Below, piece by piece: positions 13,790 to 28,400 of a DNA stretch of 64,000 nt. The position numbers and the translations under genes are program-made. How positions within the stretch are numbered: the stretch's first letter is position 1; each line of letters opens with the position of its first letter. This DNA is from Lama glama (taxonomy: Eukaryota): the NCBI GenBank assembly GCA_028534125.1, contig CM052816.1:47804001-47868000 (forward strand). The letters are read 5' to 3'. The notes below the pieces were generated by a model. That model saw only the letters and a program-made list of their open reading frames with translations. It ran no database searches and had not been told where the DNA came from.

Positions 13790-14520
13790 AGCATACGGTT
13801 TGTACCAATAATAGAAAAATGAGTCTCTGATCTTAGGAAGTCCCCATTCTAGTAAGAGAAGTGAACACAAATACTGTATAACTATAAAAACAATGTAGAG
13901 AGTATAATAAAGGGCAGTGGTAGGTACATGCTGAGGCCATTTTTGGAGTAACAGAAGGGCACCAATTCTGTAGGATGTGTAAGGAGAGAAGATAATGGAA
14001 GACTTCTCGGGAAGAGTGATACATGAATTAAGTCTTTAAGCAACAACAGGCATTAACAGAACACAGTGGAGGGGAATTCTGGGCTAGAAAATAGCTTGAG
14101 CAAAGGAGAAGAACAGTACTATGCATGTGAAGACCTACAAGCTGGAGGGCAGAACATAAACTAGAAAAAACAAGAGAGAGGACTCATGAAGACACAAGAG
14201 CTAGATCTGAAGATGTTTTCAAGCTCTGCTAAGGTAATCAAGGCAAGAATTCTAAGTGAAAAGGTGATACAGTCAGATAGATACATGTTTCAGGTAGATT
14301 ATTCCAGCTGTTGGAAGCAAGGATTTGATGAGACTAAAGCATCAAGGAAGGCCAACTTGGAGGTTACTGCTACATCAAGTCCTGGTAAGACATGAAGACA
14401 GCCTGAATTAGAATATGGTTGCTTAAGACTGAGAAGAAGGCACACATCAAGAAATGTTTTAGAAGATAAAAACAGCAGGAGTTGGTACCCGTGTCATGGA
14501 AATATGGAGCTGGAAAGGAA
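13790..14520 (-). mobile_element. L2 LINE fragment
   Basis: Purine-rich decayed L2 antisense pattern (e.g. ggaggttactgc...gcctgaattag). Confidence 0.55.
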
Positions 14521-16289
14521 AACAGCTAAAGCCATGCCATCTATTTAGTCTCAAATGGCACTCAGGGATGTTACTGAGGGTGCTTCACTGCCAGTCAACA
14601 CCTTAAGAGATTAGACGGGGCTGACAAATACATAAAATAAACCAGCAATGCAAATTTAACTTACGTTAAATACCAAATGAGTAAGAATTTTTAAAGTTCA
14701 GAAAATGGAACAATCACAATGGTATTAGATTTTAAAAAGATATCCCAGTGAAAGTGGGATTTATACTTCACACTATGAGAAAACTGGATATAGCTTTAAA
14801 TAGTTACTGGCATTTGACCTCTTTCTTTCTCTTTTCTTTTTAAAACAAATCTATGGCATTATTTTAATGAGGGACAAAAATATAGATTTCCAGCTTCTCT
14901 TGAAATTCAGGAAGCTTTCCTAACACTTGACTCCCATTCTTATTCACATCAATTAGACAAAGCAGTCACCTGACTACAGGCAAACACTTTCTAGTTCTCG
15001 ACTTGCCACTGTCTTCCCTAATACACAGAGTGAATATTCGTTTCTACTTATCACCACACTTGTAGTGTTATTTTCTTACAATAGGGAGACAGTTCCATGT
15101 ACCTTGATCTCTATCAAAGACAGAAAATAAAAAGATCAAGATTATTGCGATGTGAGAAAAATGGGAATATATCCATCTGACCCAGATCATTTGCCTACAT
15201 TATCTGCATGTCCCCTCCAAGCATTAATTAGAATTTGCAACTCCACATATAGGTAGTGAGGAGACGTCAAACTAGTACAATCAGCAAGGTGCATTCTCAC
15301 TGATGAAGTCTATTCTGCACCTACATAGAACAATAAGGAACATGAACTCAGAAAATATCTCATGTGTCGTACTTAAGGAGGGGTGGGGAACTAAATGCAG
15401 TGACTGAAAGTAGAGTATCCAGTTTAATATTTATGCTCTAATGGCTAGAAAACAGAATAAGCAAGCACATGAGAGGCAAGCCTTACATTCCATCCATAAA
15501 TGCTGACAGGAAGGTAAGAAAAAAACGTTCCACTGAGAAGAGAAGATGAACAGTTTATTAAAGTTTATTAAACCCTTATTGATATTAAGGGTTAAGGTCT
15601 TTAAAAGAAAACATACCTAGAAACAAATGTCAAGAGGGATGAGGAGGACACTAAAAAAGATCTTCAAGGATATTAATAAAGTGACAGCAAAGCTAAAATA
15701 CCATGTGGAGTGATCTTCTTCAAGAGGTTACTGATTACAGCTAGTAACTTCTGGAACAGAAGAGAAGAATGTGCCAAACAGTAGGTGCAGTAACAGCTGG
15801 TCTTTGAATTAGCCCTTACAAAATACTTAAAATCCGCCTGAAAAAAATTATGAAAACAAAGTCCTTGCAGAATCTTATTAATATGGTAAAGAACCATGAT
15901 TTTGGGGAAAAGTTCTGAGTTTAAAAAATAAAGCTGAACCATAAAATACATAAAAGATATGTCAACAAAAACAAAAAATACTATGAATAATTCAGTAAGA
16001 AAACAAAGAAAAATGTGAGGAATTGTGATATTCAAAATGTTATTAATGTACTATTTATTAAAAAGTCTTTAGTCATATAAGAGCTGAATATTAGGCATAG
16101 GCCACCTTCATTATCACTAGGTCCTTAAAAAAAATTTAGATCTTTTATCAATTCCTGAGCCAAATAAAAAAAAAATTAAGTTAGCTCAAAAAGTATCAAT
16201 TTTCTTTTAAAATGTTTTTAGGTCAAAGTTTTCCAATTAGTAAGTTTACAATGTATTTTTTTGCCTTTAAATAATTAACACAAACTCAC

Positions 16290-16321
16290 ATTTTGCCTTC
16301 ATGTGGATCCTCTTCTCGGCC
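16290..16321 (-). CDS. RASA1: RASA1 coding exon 6 (32 nt), SH3-SH2 linker
   Basis: GREEDPHEGK(I); acceptor cccctttag|, donor AT|gtgagt; needed to keep frame between exons 5 and 7. Confidence 0.93.
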
Positions 16322-17677
16322 CTAAAGGGGAAGACATTAAGACAGTAATTTACATAATTATTAATCCATTTTTATTAAAAGTAGTAAATCATATCTTCAA
16401 ATAGAGCAACACTGCCCTTTATATTTATTTATGCATATATAAGAAAAGATTTTTTTAAAAAAAGAAAGATTTTTCTGTTCACCAAAGGTCTTTCTAAAAC
16501 TCTTCCTAATTCCTCTTCCCCCCTTTCTGCAAGTACCCTAATCAAGCCCTCTTTCCTCCCTTTCCTTAGACGGTTAATGGGAGCCCAATAATATAATCAC
16601 TTCTGTGCCCCATCCCACCCCACTACTCCAATCTAGATTCATCAGTTTCAACTGCAATGCCCTGCATTAACAAACAGCAAACAAAATAAACACATTTTAA
16701 AAACCAGACCTTTAATACGTCTCTACTGACCACAAATTCGTCAGTGTGCCACCTTTACCATAAGACTCAAGTCTCCATTTCCTACCTCATCCTACCAATT
16801 CTCTATAGGTATCCAGACCATGGTCATAGATCAACTACCTATTTGCTAATCGAAATTCTCCCACCATTGTAGCTTGTTCTTTTGTACTTAGAATGTCCTT
16901 TCCACTGACTGCTTCCTACCTGTTAGTTAAAACCTAAATCATCCAGGCAGGATCTATCTCAAATGCTACCTCCTAAGTAAGACACTGAGTCCTTACTTTG
17001 AATAGAAAAAAACATTCTTCTTACATCAACTTTCAAACTTGACCTTACTCAATTTGATACTGCTATTATTTAAGACACACTAGGTGTTACTCATTCCATT
17101 ATCATGGCTATAAGCATCTTAAGTCCTTAGTCATTCTTTGTTAACATCCACTACCACCACAACCAGTAGCACAATAATGGGCATATGATTTGCACCAAAT
17201 ATCTGTTGAACTGTAGTCCTAATACCCAGCAGAGGACCCGGCGTCAAGTTTCTACTGAATCATGAAGGAAATAACAGAAAAATGGACTAAGTGTACAAGG
17301 ATTTACTTGTCTCAATTTGGTCCTCTTTCATCAAATATCTAACCAAACTAGAAGTAACCACTTAATGAATGCCCTCTATATTACAAAACACTAAAAAACA
17401 AAACAAACAAAAAAAAACCATAAAAACAAAATGCATTATTATTGCACAAAAGGAGTTAAATTCTATAGAAGAGGTTTACACAAATTACTTATATACAATA
17501 TAATGGAATGTAAGTAACAAAGTGCTATGGAAAACACAAGAGGAAACAATTTAGCCTAAGAAAAGCATAAAAACTGAAAGAATGGGCGACATCTGAGCTA
17601 GAGATGAATCAAATTTCACAAGGCATTCTAGCAGGGTAGGAGTGTCAAGGAAAAGGGAAAAGTATAGGCACAGAGAC

Positions 17678-17792
17678 ATTCATTCATTCAACAAACATTT
17701 ACTAAATGCCTACTAATGCCAGGCATTATTCTGTACAATGGGGCTCCATCACTGAATCAGAGACAAAAGTCCTCACAGAGCTTACATTCTGG
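17678..17792 (-). mobile_element. L2 3' end
   Basis: attcattcattcaacaaacatttactaaatgcctactaatgccaggca...gagcttacattct. Confidence 0.75.
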
Positions 17793-19420
17793 AATTAAGA
17801 CATAATAGTATAAGTGTGCTTGGAGAACAGTAATTCAAATTTCAGAGTGGAAAATTCCTTAAATCCAACCACCAATCAAATGCCCAAAATCTAGACAATC
17901 TCCAAATGGCTCTTCAATCTACAAGGAATCACTATGTTCTAATGAAGACTATTATGAAAAATTACTGTAAATATTAGAGTAAAAACTGCTTATAACTCAA
18001 CTTGGAACTAACTACTAATTCAAAGTATGACTATACTCGTTTTTAACAGCTGTATCACTGTTAACTGAGTTGTTAACTTCTTTTCTTTCCTTGTATGTTA
18101 GGTCGTGTCTCCTCATCTTAAACTGGACTTAGTTTTTTCTGTATTCATTGGATAACTTTCACTTCTTTTATTAAAGTTTATCTTGTTAGATTTGACCCAG
18201 AGTTTCAAGAAATTGAGAGAAAAGTTCAATCAACTATACTTTAATTCTATTAACTAATCAGAATAATGGAGGAAGGGGTATTACAGCAAGGGAAAAAAAT
18301 CCATTATAAAAGTTTTAACTAAGAAATTTTATAGTAAAACCAACATAGATAATAAGATTCTTTAATCTGAACACTTCTTGCTCATACAGAATAAACCTCT
18401 CTCCTACTATAGAATACAGGATTCTAACCTAGGAATTAGGAGTTCTAATCTTAGCTCTTCCACTAAGGAACTATGTGATTATGAGTATGGAATGTATCAT
18501 ATCATACCATTTCCTCAACTTCCCCCATTTTCCCTCAGTATGTTTTACTTCTACATATCAAGATCTGGCTGCCAGAATAGGCAGACAACAGAATTAATAA
18601 CAGAAAAAAGTAACTCTCCACTGGAGTCCTCCTGAAACAATAATCAGAGCATGGGTTTCACCACACTACCAGGTTCATGGCATAATTTGAAAACAGTAGC
18701 TCTGAGGGTTGCAAAAAAATAACAAAACCATTCCATCCTACTGGACAAATCCAAAAGAGCAGAATGAATTCCAAAATTGTAATATAACGTTGGATATGTT
18801 TTGGTGATACTGAGTATTTATCTGAAATGTAAATTCTGCTTGAACGCTGACCTTTATCTAAAAATGCACAATCTCGATTATTTATATTGTGTGGTAAGAC
18901 TATGTATTTCATGACGACACTGAAAACAAGGGGGAATACTCAAAATACAGAACCATGTGATAATATATATGGAGTATAAGTTTTTCCAAGGTTACTAAGA
19001 AAATCATACACTATTTGGGAGATAAAGATATGAAAGCAAACATGGGCAACCATCTGAGATTCCATGATCAGTCTGAGATAGCATCATTTCTGAGGAACAC
19101 CAAGAAGACAAAAAGGGATACAAATGAGCACAAGTGCTAATACATTTGTAATTCTTAGAAACTCATGAAAACTCTCTGAAAATTGACAGCTACAGATTAA
19201 AACATGCTAGCTTGGTTATGCTCTTTACAAACAGCATTTACTAACAGTTTTAATGAAAATTATTTGAACTTATGAACTAAGGTTTTTCATAAAAGAAACG
19301 TATACATAGCTAATTTACCCGATTAGCTGATTAATCTCATTTATCTCATTAATTTGAAGTTCCAAAATTTAAAAAAAACATTTAGAATTCCAAGAAGATG
19401 AAGAAAAGAACAAAACTTAC

Positions 19421-19538
19421 CACTTCTTCTACTAGGTCTTCAACAATAAGACCTTGTTCATCTGTTCTTAGATTTGTAACCCACATCCATCCATCTTCTA
19501 ATTCATTGTGAACAATGAACATATCTCCTTTTAAGAAA
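19421..19538 (-). CDS. RASA1: RASA1 coding exon 5 (118 nt), SH3 domain
   Basis: FLKGDMFIVHNELEDGWMWVTNLRTDEQGLIVEDLVEEV (within ORF 19382..19588); acceptor tttcag|, donor GTG|gtaagt. Confidence 0.97.
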
Positions 19539-21158
19539 CTGAAAATAGCAATGATGAAATTAAAATTAAATAGAAACTTTACACACAAAAATGTAAGTAA
19601 TCATGTACCACATCACAGAGATAATACAATGCTGGAAAATGCAAGCGATTAAAGTCAAATACCCTAATTTTTTGTCCTATTTCTGTTGTTATCCACATGT
19701 AATACTTTGAAGACACTTAGAAATCTGAATCTTAACCTCTTCATGTGTAAAATGATGTAATAATGGTACCTCCCCTATCCATATCACTGGATTATTGTTA
19801 AATTCAAATTGGAATTTATGTAAATAGTAATTATACATATATCACAGGCTTTGGGGAATATCTCTTAGAAAACTGAACTGAAAAATTTGTTTCAATGTTA
19901 TTACCCTTTATAGGCTAAATATAAAAAATACATGTAAAATAAATATAATTACCTCATTCTACATACACAAGATACAGTTACTTTAGAAAAGGTTTATTTC
20001 AAATAAGCATAATTAGCCTTATCACACAGATGTCTATGAGACTAATACTCATAAAAAACATTAGGGTTTCTTAATTCACTGAGATATCCATGGTCCAAAA
20101 AGTACAGCATCCTTTCTCTAAAAGTGGTACCAAGGAGTATGTTATGAGAATGCAGGCATGTTTTTCCTGATACTAATATCTCAGCAGAGGGATGTACACA
20201 ATCTAGTTTCTTTACATTGGAATCTAGATGTTTTCAAACTCCACACAATTACATGAGTAAAAAGTTGCTGATGTATGTCATCGATATAAAACCATCAGTA
20301 ATTTCTTGAACTTTTCCTTTAAGGCCTGAACAAACGCCTGAGTGTTTAAGCTTTCAAAACTGACTGGATGCTACCACTGACGCTGTATCTATATTCCTAT
20401 CTGTCATATATATGTACTTTTAAAATTTATTTTCCTTTCAGTCTTCATATTCACAAAGTAAAGTTCTAGTAAGTAAATTTCTTCCTATATCTTTGAAAAC
20501 TTTGCTTTTCTCTAGAATATCTCAAGCTACACTGTCACCTGGACTAGGTCAAAAATAAGAACTTGTACATGACACTTGAGATGTACTCTTTTAAAATAAG
20601 CACAGAATACTGCATTCTCCCTTAATTCTACAACCTTGAACAGGGACCAGTATTTCACTAGCTGAAAAGTGGTAGACATTATCACTTAATCAAATAAGAT
20701 TATTCCTTTCCAGAACCAACTACCTAAATAAATAATTAAGAAAATAATTATAAGTAAGTGAAAGGGGAGTACATAAGAACAAGAAGTCAAAGCAAAATGA
20801 GAAAGAAATGACAAGTTTCATTTTTTAGTCAAAAGCAGTCATAAAAGTATTTTTTAAATTTCGATTTCTGTTATTGTTGCTCTACTACTAACATTTTATG
20901 ATGGAAAAAAAAAGATAAATAAAAAGCTTACTAGCACAAATAACATAACCCTAAGATTCATTCTGTATTATTCTGCATCTTCCCACAAAACAGGTTAAAG
21001 TGCTTTATTAAATCTCATTAATATTCAGATGTTTGTACCTAAAAAAAAATTTCAGGTACATACAAATTTTAAAAAGACTTATAAATTCATATGTATTTAT
21101 GTCATCAAATTAAAATTTATACATTCTAATTCTTGTTTAAATTTTCATCTTTCTAGAT

Positions 21159-22504
21159 AAGAAGTTCTCAATTTTTGGAAGGTCTCTCAGGACTCCTTTA
21201 CACTTTTAAAAACTGATGGCCCTAACAGGCTTTCTTTTATACAGATTATATCTATATTTACTATGTTAGAATTTAAAATATAAAAGCTTAAAAATATTTA
21301 TTAATTCCCCTAAAAATAATAATATACCCTATTATATGGCAACATAAAAATATGAAAAATAATTATAATTTTTATAAGGTTAGTTAAGAATATTACTGTT
21401 TTGCATTTTTGCAAATGTCATGTCTGGCTTAGCTGAAAATTGTTGAATCCTCACATCTTTTTCCGTATTCTATCTGTCATTATATGGTTCTTGCTTTGAG
21501 TATATGAAGAAAATCTGGCTTTCTACAAATACGTAGTTGAGAAAAGGATAAGTATTTTAATAGCCTTTCAGACAATTATAGATATTCTATGACATTAATC
21601 CCAAAACTTGCCTTATGGTACTTCCTAGAAGGTTGGTTGTAATGTGGAATCTAGAACCATGTATTAATGAACTTCCCAGACTCATTCCAATAACATCCAT
21701 TGATCTATCTTGCATTTTTAATGGATCTTTTCCCTGTGCATTAATTTTGTACATGCATTAATTTAGAAAATACTGGTTCACTGAGCTATACAGGTCTTTC
21801 AGTGTAAACATATTAAATAGTATCAAAATAATCACATTCTTTAATATTACCACCAATCTCATTGGAAGAGTCATTAATTATTTGGAAAGCTGTCAAACTC
21901 CTGATGGCAAATATAGGGTTTCCAGAATTCTAATTATTCCTTGAAAGCTCAAATTGTCATTGGCAACAAATACTGCCAGTTATTTTCCTTGAAGGAACAA
22001 ACTCACTTTGTCTTTAAAAAAAAAAAAAAGGTCAAATACTCAAGTCTGAATAACTATCGTTTGCCTGTCAATCATTCTCCTAAAATGGCATGCACAAAAA
22101 GAGCAGCTAGTTCAAGCTCTCAACGCCTCTTTTCCTCAAGACACTGAGCTTTGCTACAAAGCAGAGGTGTTTTCTGAGTATTTTCCATTTCATCACATAG
22201 ATGTTAAAAAGATGTACAGCCAAAGGTTGAGATTTAGTAAAGTAAGTATTTTTACCATCTTATCAAAAACATTCTTAAAGGAAACTGGATTTTTTTAAGT
22301 GCAAGTGTGTGGCCACTGCCTTGATTTGTGCTAAGGCACCAGCAGTTTGACTGTCCACTGCTTCTGTACCATCATGTAAATGTCACGGTGAAAAAGGTAA
22401 ATTATGTCTCAGTATTATTATAAAAATAGTTTTGATCTTATGAACCCTTTGAATGGATCTCTAGGGTCCCCAGGGTTACACGGATCACCCTTTGGGAGGT
22501 GCTG
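21159..22504. mobile_element. Charlie1-type hAT DNA transposon with both ends present
   Basis: Starts aagaagttctcaa...ggtctctcaggactcctttacac, ends tttgggaggtgctg; 8-bp TSD ttctagat (21151-21158) / ctctagat (22505-22512), typical of Charlie targets. Confidence 0.85.
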
Positions 22505-23439
22505 CTCTAGATGATCCCACTGAGAATTTACAAATTACCCAAAATCCTCAAATATGCAGTTCACCCCTTCTTTTTCCTTCATTGGCTATTCCAGCCTAAA
22601 TCACAAATAAAGGTGGGCCAATAAGAATTAAATGAGAAGTTGTTATTTTGAGGACAATCATAAAAACCAAATGCCTATTTTGAGATTTCAGATAGTTCAA
22701 TCTTTGTTTTTTAAAATATCACATTTCTAGAAAATTTTAGTACCTCTCAAGTTTACCACTGTATTTTCAATGCTGCTGTTGATTTCAGCGAGAAGCTGTA
22801 TACTCAGAATCAGTAATTATTCAAAAGCAGCCTTAATGTTTTATCAGAAAGAAACAATTTCCTATTGTAAAGCTAAATAGCTTATAAAGATACTGATTAT
22901 TTGATCATTAACATAATTTGATAAATAAAATGACCACATTATATAATAAATCAAATCCTATAGAAATAAAAAGAAATCATATGTAAATTAAGTCACATAA
23001 TAAAAACAAAAAATTATCATGTTCTATAATTTTACACCACTAATAACACTCAAAATTATTCACTCATAATGTAAAATAAACTTTAATCATCATTTGAGTA
23101 CCATTTACAGTTGACACATAAACATCATGTAGCAATAAAAATTAAAACAGAGTATAGAATATAGCAGAACTCTCCTTACTCTGTCAGAGATAGTCTAATA
23201 AAAGCTAAACTATTTCTCCTGGCATCTTCACTGTGGCCTCTCTAATCCAAATCTACAGTCTGAACGGGTAAGCCAACACAGGAGGACGGGAACAATGGGC
23301 TTAATATTAAAGAAATGCTTTGCTGGATGTTATTTCCTCAAATTCCAAAACCTTCCTAGTCCAAGAGCAACAACACATTTTCTGAGTCTTTCAAATACCT
23401 GTTTTAAACGCCTATACATGAAAATACGTTATAAAATAC

Positions 23440-23510
23440 CTTATTTCATCTGTGTCTGGCACTTTTGTGTAAGGTAGAATGGCTCGAACACGCCTTCTAT
23501 CTTCTACTGG
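23440..23510 (-). CDS. RASA1: RASA1 coding exon 4 (71 nt), SH3 start
   Basis: PVEDRRRVRAILPYTKVPDTDEI(S); acceptor tttctag|, donor AAG|gtattt. Confidence 0.96.
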
Positions 23511-24152
23511 CTAGAAACCACAAAAAAAATTGACTCACAAAAGATAAGTAAACTTTTTATGTCAAAGTCAAAGCAAGTATATTCACACAGAGTTAAAGCC
23601 AATGAAAATCCACATTATAAACTCCATAGGATCATTCAAACTATTTTTTCCTGAGGCTCTAAATAACCAAAACCTAGAAATGTTCATCTTATTTTGTTGT
23701 TGTTTTTACAGAAACTCTTTTAACCATATAACCAAACTGTTTTTAATCAATTAATATGAGTTATCTTTTAATTTTAAATAAACTACACAGATCATACAAG
23801 GTAATCTTTCTCTTATGATGCTGAAGTCATTTCAGAATCCTGCAGCAACTTCAGCATTAGCACTCTGATCTCAGTAATTACTTCTCATTCATTCAAAAAT
23901 ATTTGTTAGGGTATCACCATATAGTATGATAAAAAAAATCTTGTAACTTAAATACAAAGTTACAGAAAAAGTACTTCCTTTTTTTAAAGTTGTCAGTTTT
24001 GCTCTGACACTACAACCAGAATTAAAATGTAACACAACAAATACTCTTGAATTATATTATAATAAACACACAAGAAATTGAACAAGAACTAACCCCATTA
24101 GTAGAGTGAAATAATAAAGTTTTGAAAGATATTTTATTCAAGTTTTACTTGC

Positions 24153-24288
24153 CTCTGGCGGTGCAACTGGATAAAGCAATTTTTCTCCTTTAAGCAAACA
24201 GGAAACATGACTGTAATAACCTATTAGGTCTGACAGAGAAGAAAAACGTCTTCCACCAATGTAGTAATCTCCACACATAGCAATAATC
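24153..24288 (-). CDS. RASA1: RASA1 coding exon 3 (136 nt), N-SH2 second part; ends in a GC donor
   Basis: IIAMCGDYYIGGRRFSSLSDLIGYYSHVSCLLKGEKLLYPVAPPE (within ORF 24138..24323); acceptor aaacag|G, donor GAG|gcaagt; frame continues into exon 4. Confidence 0.96.
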
Positions 24289-25282
24289 CTGTTTGTACAG
24301 GAAAAAAAAATACAGTATAACAAAAACCTTTACAGCCAGTTTCGAAGACCAAGCCCTGTAGAAACTCTCTATAAATCTCTAATTTTCATATTCTTTTCCT
24401 TTATCTGTGTCCCTGTATTAAAATACCACTTATTACTACCTTCACCATATGTAAATTACTTGAGATTACTTCTTTCAAAAAGCTATATGTATACATTTGA
24501 TATGAAATACATATCTGACTTATAAACCTCAATTACATAATTCATTAAAATATTTGTAAATTCATCCTCACATACCTGTTCTTATTTTCCATATTTAAGA
24601 CAAAATAGCAATTTTTATAAGTTTTCTTTGGTTAAAAGTAACTTACAGATCTCTTGAAATATTGATACAGAATATAATAATTTCATATTTTACACACGTT
24701 GTAATACTCTTAAAGCCTACCTTAAAATCTAAAAATCAAGAGTATTACACTTTATCAGTTAACATTATAGGCACTAGATGATTTTTTTAATGTCTCCCAT
24801 AAAAATGAAATCAAATACAATACTATATGTACACATATTTATACATACAGACTTTGCACTTGAAAAATCTATATGTCTGTTTAATTGAAATGAGTCTGCA
24901 AAGAGTTTCAGAACAGTGAAGCTAAAACAAATTAAAGGGCAAACACCTTGACTCTTAAAACACTGTTTCTGTATTTTCTGTTACTTTGTGGTCTAAACGT
25001 ATTCATTTCCTTTATTTCCACTTTACCAACGTTTCTTTTTAATTCTTTATACTTTAAAAGTAATAATTACATTTAGGATTAGCACAAAAGGTCCAGTAAC
25101 AATACTGTTTTCAAACAAAAATGTAAGCATTCAATAATAATAAATTCAAAATCACTGATTAAATCATTTAACTGAAAACATACTTCTTTCTCCATTATTT
25201 AAATGTCACTAAAGCAGGTATATTTATGAATACTACAGCAAAAAAGCTATATAATATAGCCTCATAATAGGAATAGACTTAC

Positions 25283-25435
25283 CTAAAATGGTTGACAACA
25301 TTTGTCTGGCTAAGAAATGAAAGTACAAAGGACCCTGGCCTCCGATCACTTTCTCTTATAAGGTAACTGCCGGACTTCCCTGCCTGCCTGAGCCGTTCTT
25401 CTGCTATAGTTCTATCAAGTTTTCCATGATACCAC
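25283..25435 (-). CDS. RASA1: RASA1 coding exon 2 (153 nt), N-terminal SH2 domain, first part
   Basis: Minus strand translates WYHGKLDRTIAEERLRQAGKSGSYLIRESDRRPGSFVLSFLSQTNVVNHF(R); acceptor ttag|G, donor AG|gtaagt; matches recalled p120 RasGAP N-SH2. Confidence 0.97.
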
Positions 25436-28400
25436 CTAAGGAAAAAAATTAACAGATTAGAATAAAAATAGCAACCATAAAATTACTACTGGTAGTTGAA
25501 AAACATACTACTAGAGGTTTTAAATACCTACATGTAACTTAAACATTTACATTCTACTCTGAACCAGTCATTCCAATTTTAACTCAACTGTTTTCAATTT
25601 CTCAGTCTCTCAAAAATAATCCTTTTACTCGTTTTTTATTTTGTTCTATGTCAGGCCTAATCACCTCACATATACACCTCTTCTATTTCTGCCCATGTCT
25701 CTACCTTCAGGATTGTCTATCTGCTCAAGAGACAACGACTTATTCAAATCAAATCCTTACTTAGAAAAATAGGATTAAGACAGACAAATGGAAATGAACA
25801 ATTTATTACCTCTCTCTATATAAGGAACCAAGATGTGATATAACAGGCACATAGTACTTAGGAGAAAATAAAACTATTCCATTTTAGGTTTGTGCCCTAA
25901 AGTAGGAAACGGAACAACACTGTCTAAGGATTACTGTTCTAATTTCCTATTTCAACATGAAGCTGATTACTCCCTTTTGTCTTAAGACACTCTTAATCAT
26001 AACCACACATTTGAACTCAACTCTTCAAGTTTATTTAACAAACATGTGGGAAATACATACCTCTGTCTCCTTAACTTTCTTGCTCTCAATTTAACTTTCT
26101 TCTACCTACCATACCACCTGACGATCTGTTTAAATCACTGGCAATATCTTAGCTACAACTCTAGCATCATCCATGCCACCAATCTATGCCTATAAAAGCC
26201 TTCAGGATTGATATAATCTGGAGCATGCTTAGAAACAGACTGGAATTATCACATTGTCATGGTAAGAAATCTACAATGTAATTGTTATGAAATATTTGTA
26301 CACTTTTAATATATTAGTCATCCAAACTTATGCTTCAGTACAAGTAGTCTAACTTGAAACATTCAGAGGAAAATAAACATTCATATTACAGTGATATACT
26401 TAATATCTAGCCATAAGTTAACAGTCAAAACTATTATGCTACCATCACTATTTTTGTAAGCTTGCTGTAATGAAAGCTTACTATTTGATTCCTTAGTTTA
26501 TTTAAAAAAGAAACTCAAAAGAATTATTTTTAATTTTCTTATAAAAACCAACCCACTTACTTGAAAGTCTGTGTATAAGACAGAAGCAAAATAATGAAAA
26601 ACAATCATGGAGCTTGGTCATAACTTAATAGGAAAAACATAATTGTAAACCATTAATATTAGAGGAAGAAAGGAATGAACAATGAACATAGCATTCCTCT
26701 AAAATTTTAGTCCCAGTTCAACCATTGTGAAATTGGCATATTCCTTAATACCTCAAAGTAGTGGAGCTATCCCACAGAGCAGATTTGCACACTGAACAAA
26801 GGAAAAATTAAGGGCAATTTTTAAAAAGTACTTATTTTTGTGTACTTGATATTTGTTAAATTTCTGTTGTGTTTTATGCAAAAAATCTCCATCTGTAAAC
26901 TCACCACGAAATGATGCACACAGAGGTGAATGATGCATTACACAATGACTAATTTATAATAAATACCTGATTAAAAACTTTTATATTTGTGATTTTTAGT
27001 TTTTACATCTATATAATTCTGTAAGATTCTGGCATTAAAACAGAGGTATACAGGGACATAAATCTAAATAAACAACTTTGTTTCCTGAATATTAGTAATT
27101 CCCTTTATGCCAAAAGTTTGTAAGTTTTGAACTCATTAGGCAAAACATGTCAATCCTGATTATTACTATAAACTGAAATTAAATTATCCAACAATTGGTT
27201 TATGAACACATACAAAATTGAGTGTGATCCTCAAAAAGTGTTAAAACATTCCATTGTTACAAGTGTCTGTTCTAGGAAAAAAACTGAATGGTCTTAATCA
27301 AAATTCAGAATTTCTTGAATTCTCTTTGTTAACTTCAAATTATCAAGGTCAATCACATTAACAAGAAGATTTTAAATGTATCTGCACAGATTTATTAAAA
27401 CTACTACCAAAGCATAAAAGCACAATTAAACATGCAGTCTTTATCCCATTTAAAAACCTGAAAATCAAAAAATCAATTATACTAGATAAAAAATAAATTT
27501 AAAACTGCTTTATAGAATCATGATATGCAGCTAAAACAAATATTTTATAAATAAGCCACAAATCTAATGTGATATGATTTGATTCAAATACTTCATATCC
27601 ACTGAGCACTAGTCCTTAGGTCTCCTTTACTCAATGCCTCTCAACTTCTCCTTAACCTAAGATTTTTTTTTGGTAAAAAATATGTAGGGTTAGGGTCAGC
27701 ATCCCTAAAGCAGTGATTTCTCATGTAGAATCATTATATATTCTGTTTAACCTAGCAGCCAAGAAAATGGTCTCTACTTTAACTTTCTGAAATTTATAGT
27801 TATCATTCATTTTATATAAAAAATAACGAGGAGTACGACTTCTCAAAACATACCCTCAGACCAAAGATACGATGCTCCCCAAGGAGACATTTTCCTAGTG
27901 GATATTTGTCTAAAAGACTCAATTTAACATCATTAGCATCATTTCAATAAAATGAAAGAAAACGTATTTAATCATGCCTACTATTTCGCTAAGTCTTCAC
28001 AGTCAAAGCCTTATTATCTCTCTTTAAAGATAATTTTGCTGGTAACTATTTAAATAAATATTTAAAGAAAAACAAAAAATGCAACTGGAATCTGGAACAC
28101 TTCAAAAGAACACAGAATAAGTGAAGTGTCCTACAGGAGAAAGGATATTCTGAGTGTAAAGTGAGATTACTGAATATCTATGAACTCCATCACTTTAGTT
28201 AAATTTTTTATTCTGCTCATATATGTGGCAATTATAATTCACAGACTGTACCTGGTACATAGTAATGTTAATCTAAAAAGTATCTGGTGAATGAAAGAAG
28301 TGTTGAATCTAAAAACACAATATTGAAAGACTTTAGAAGTTTAGTTTGACTCCTCCCTGCCAACGCAAAGGAAAGAGAAAAAAATCTCTTCTTCAATGTC

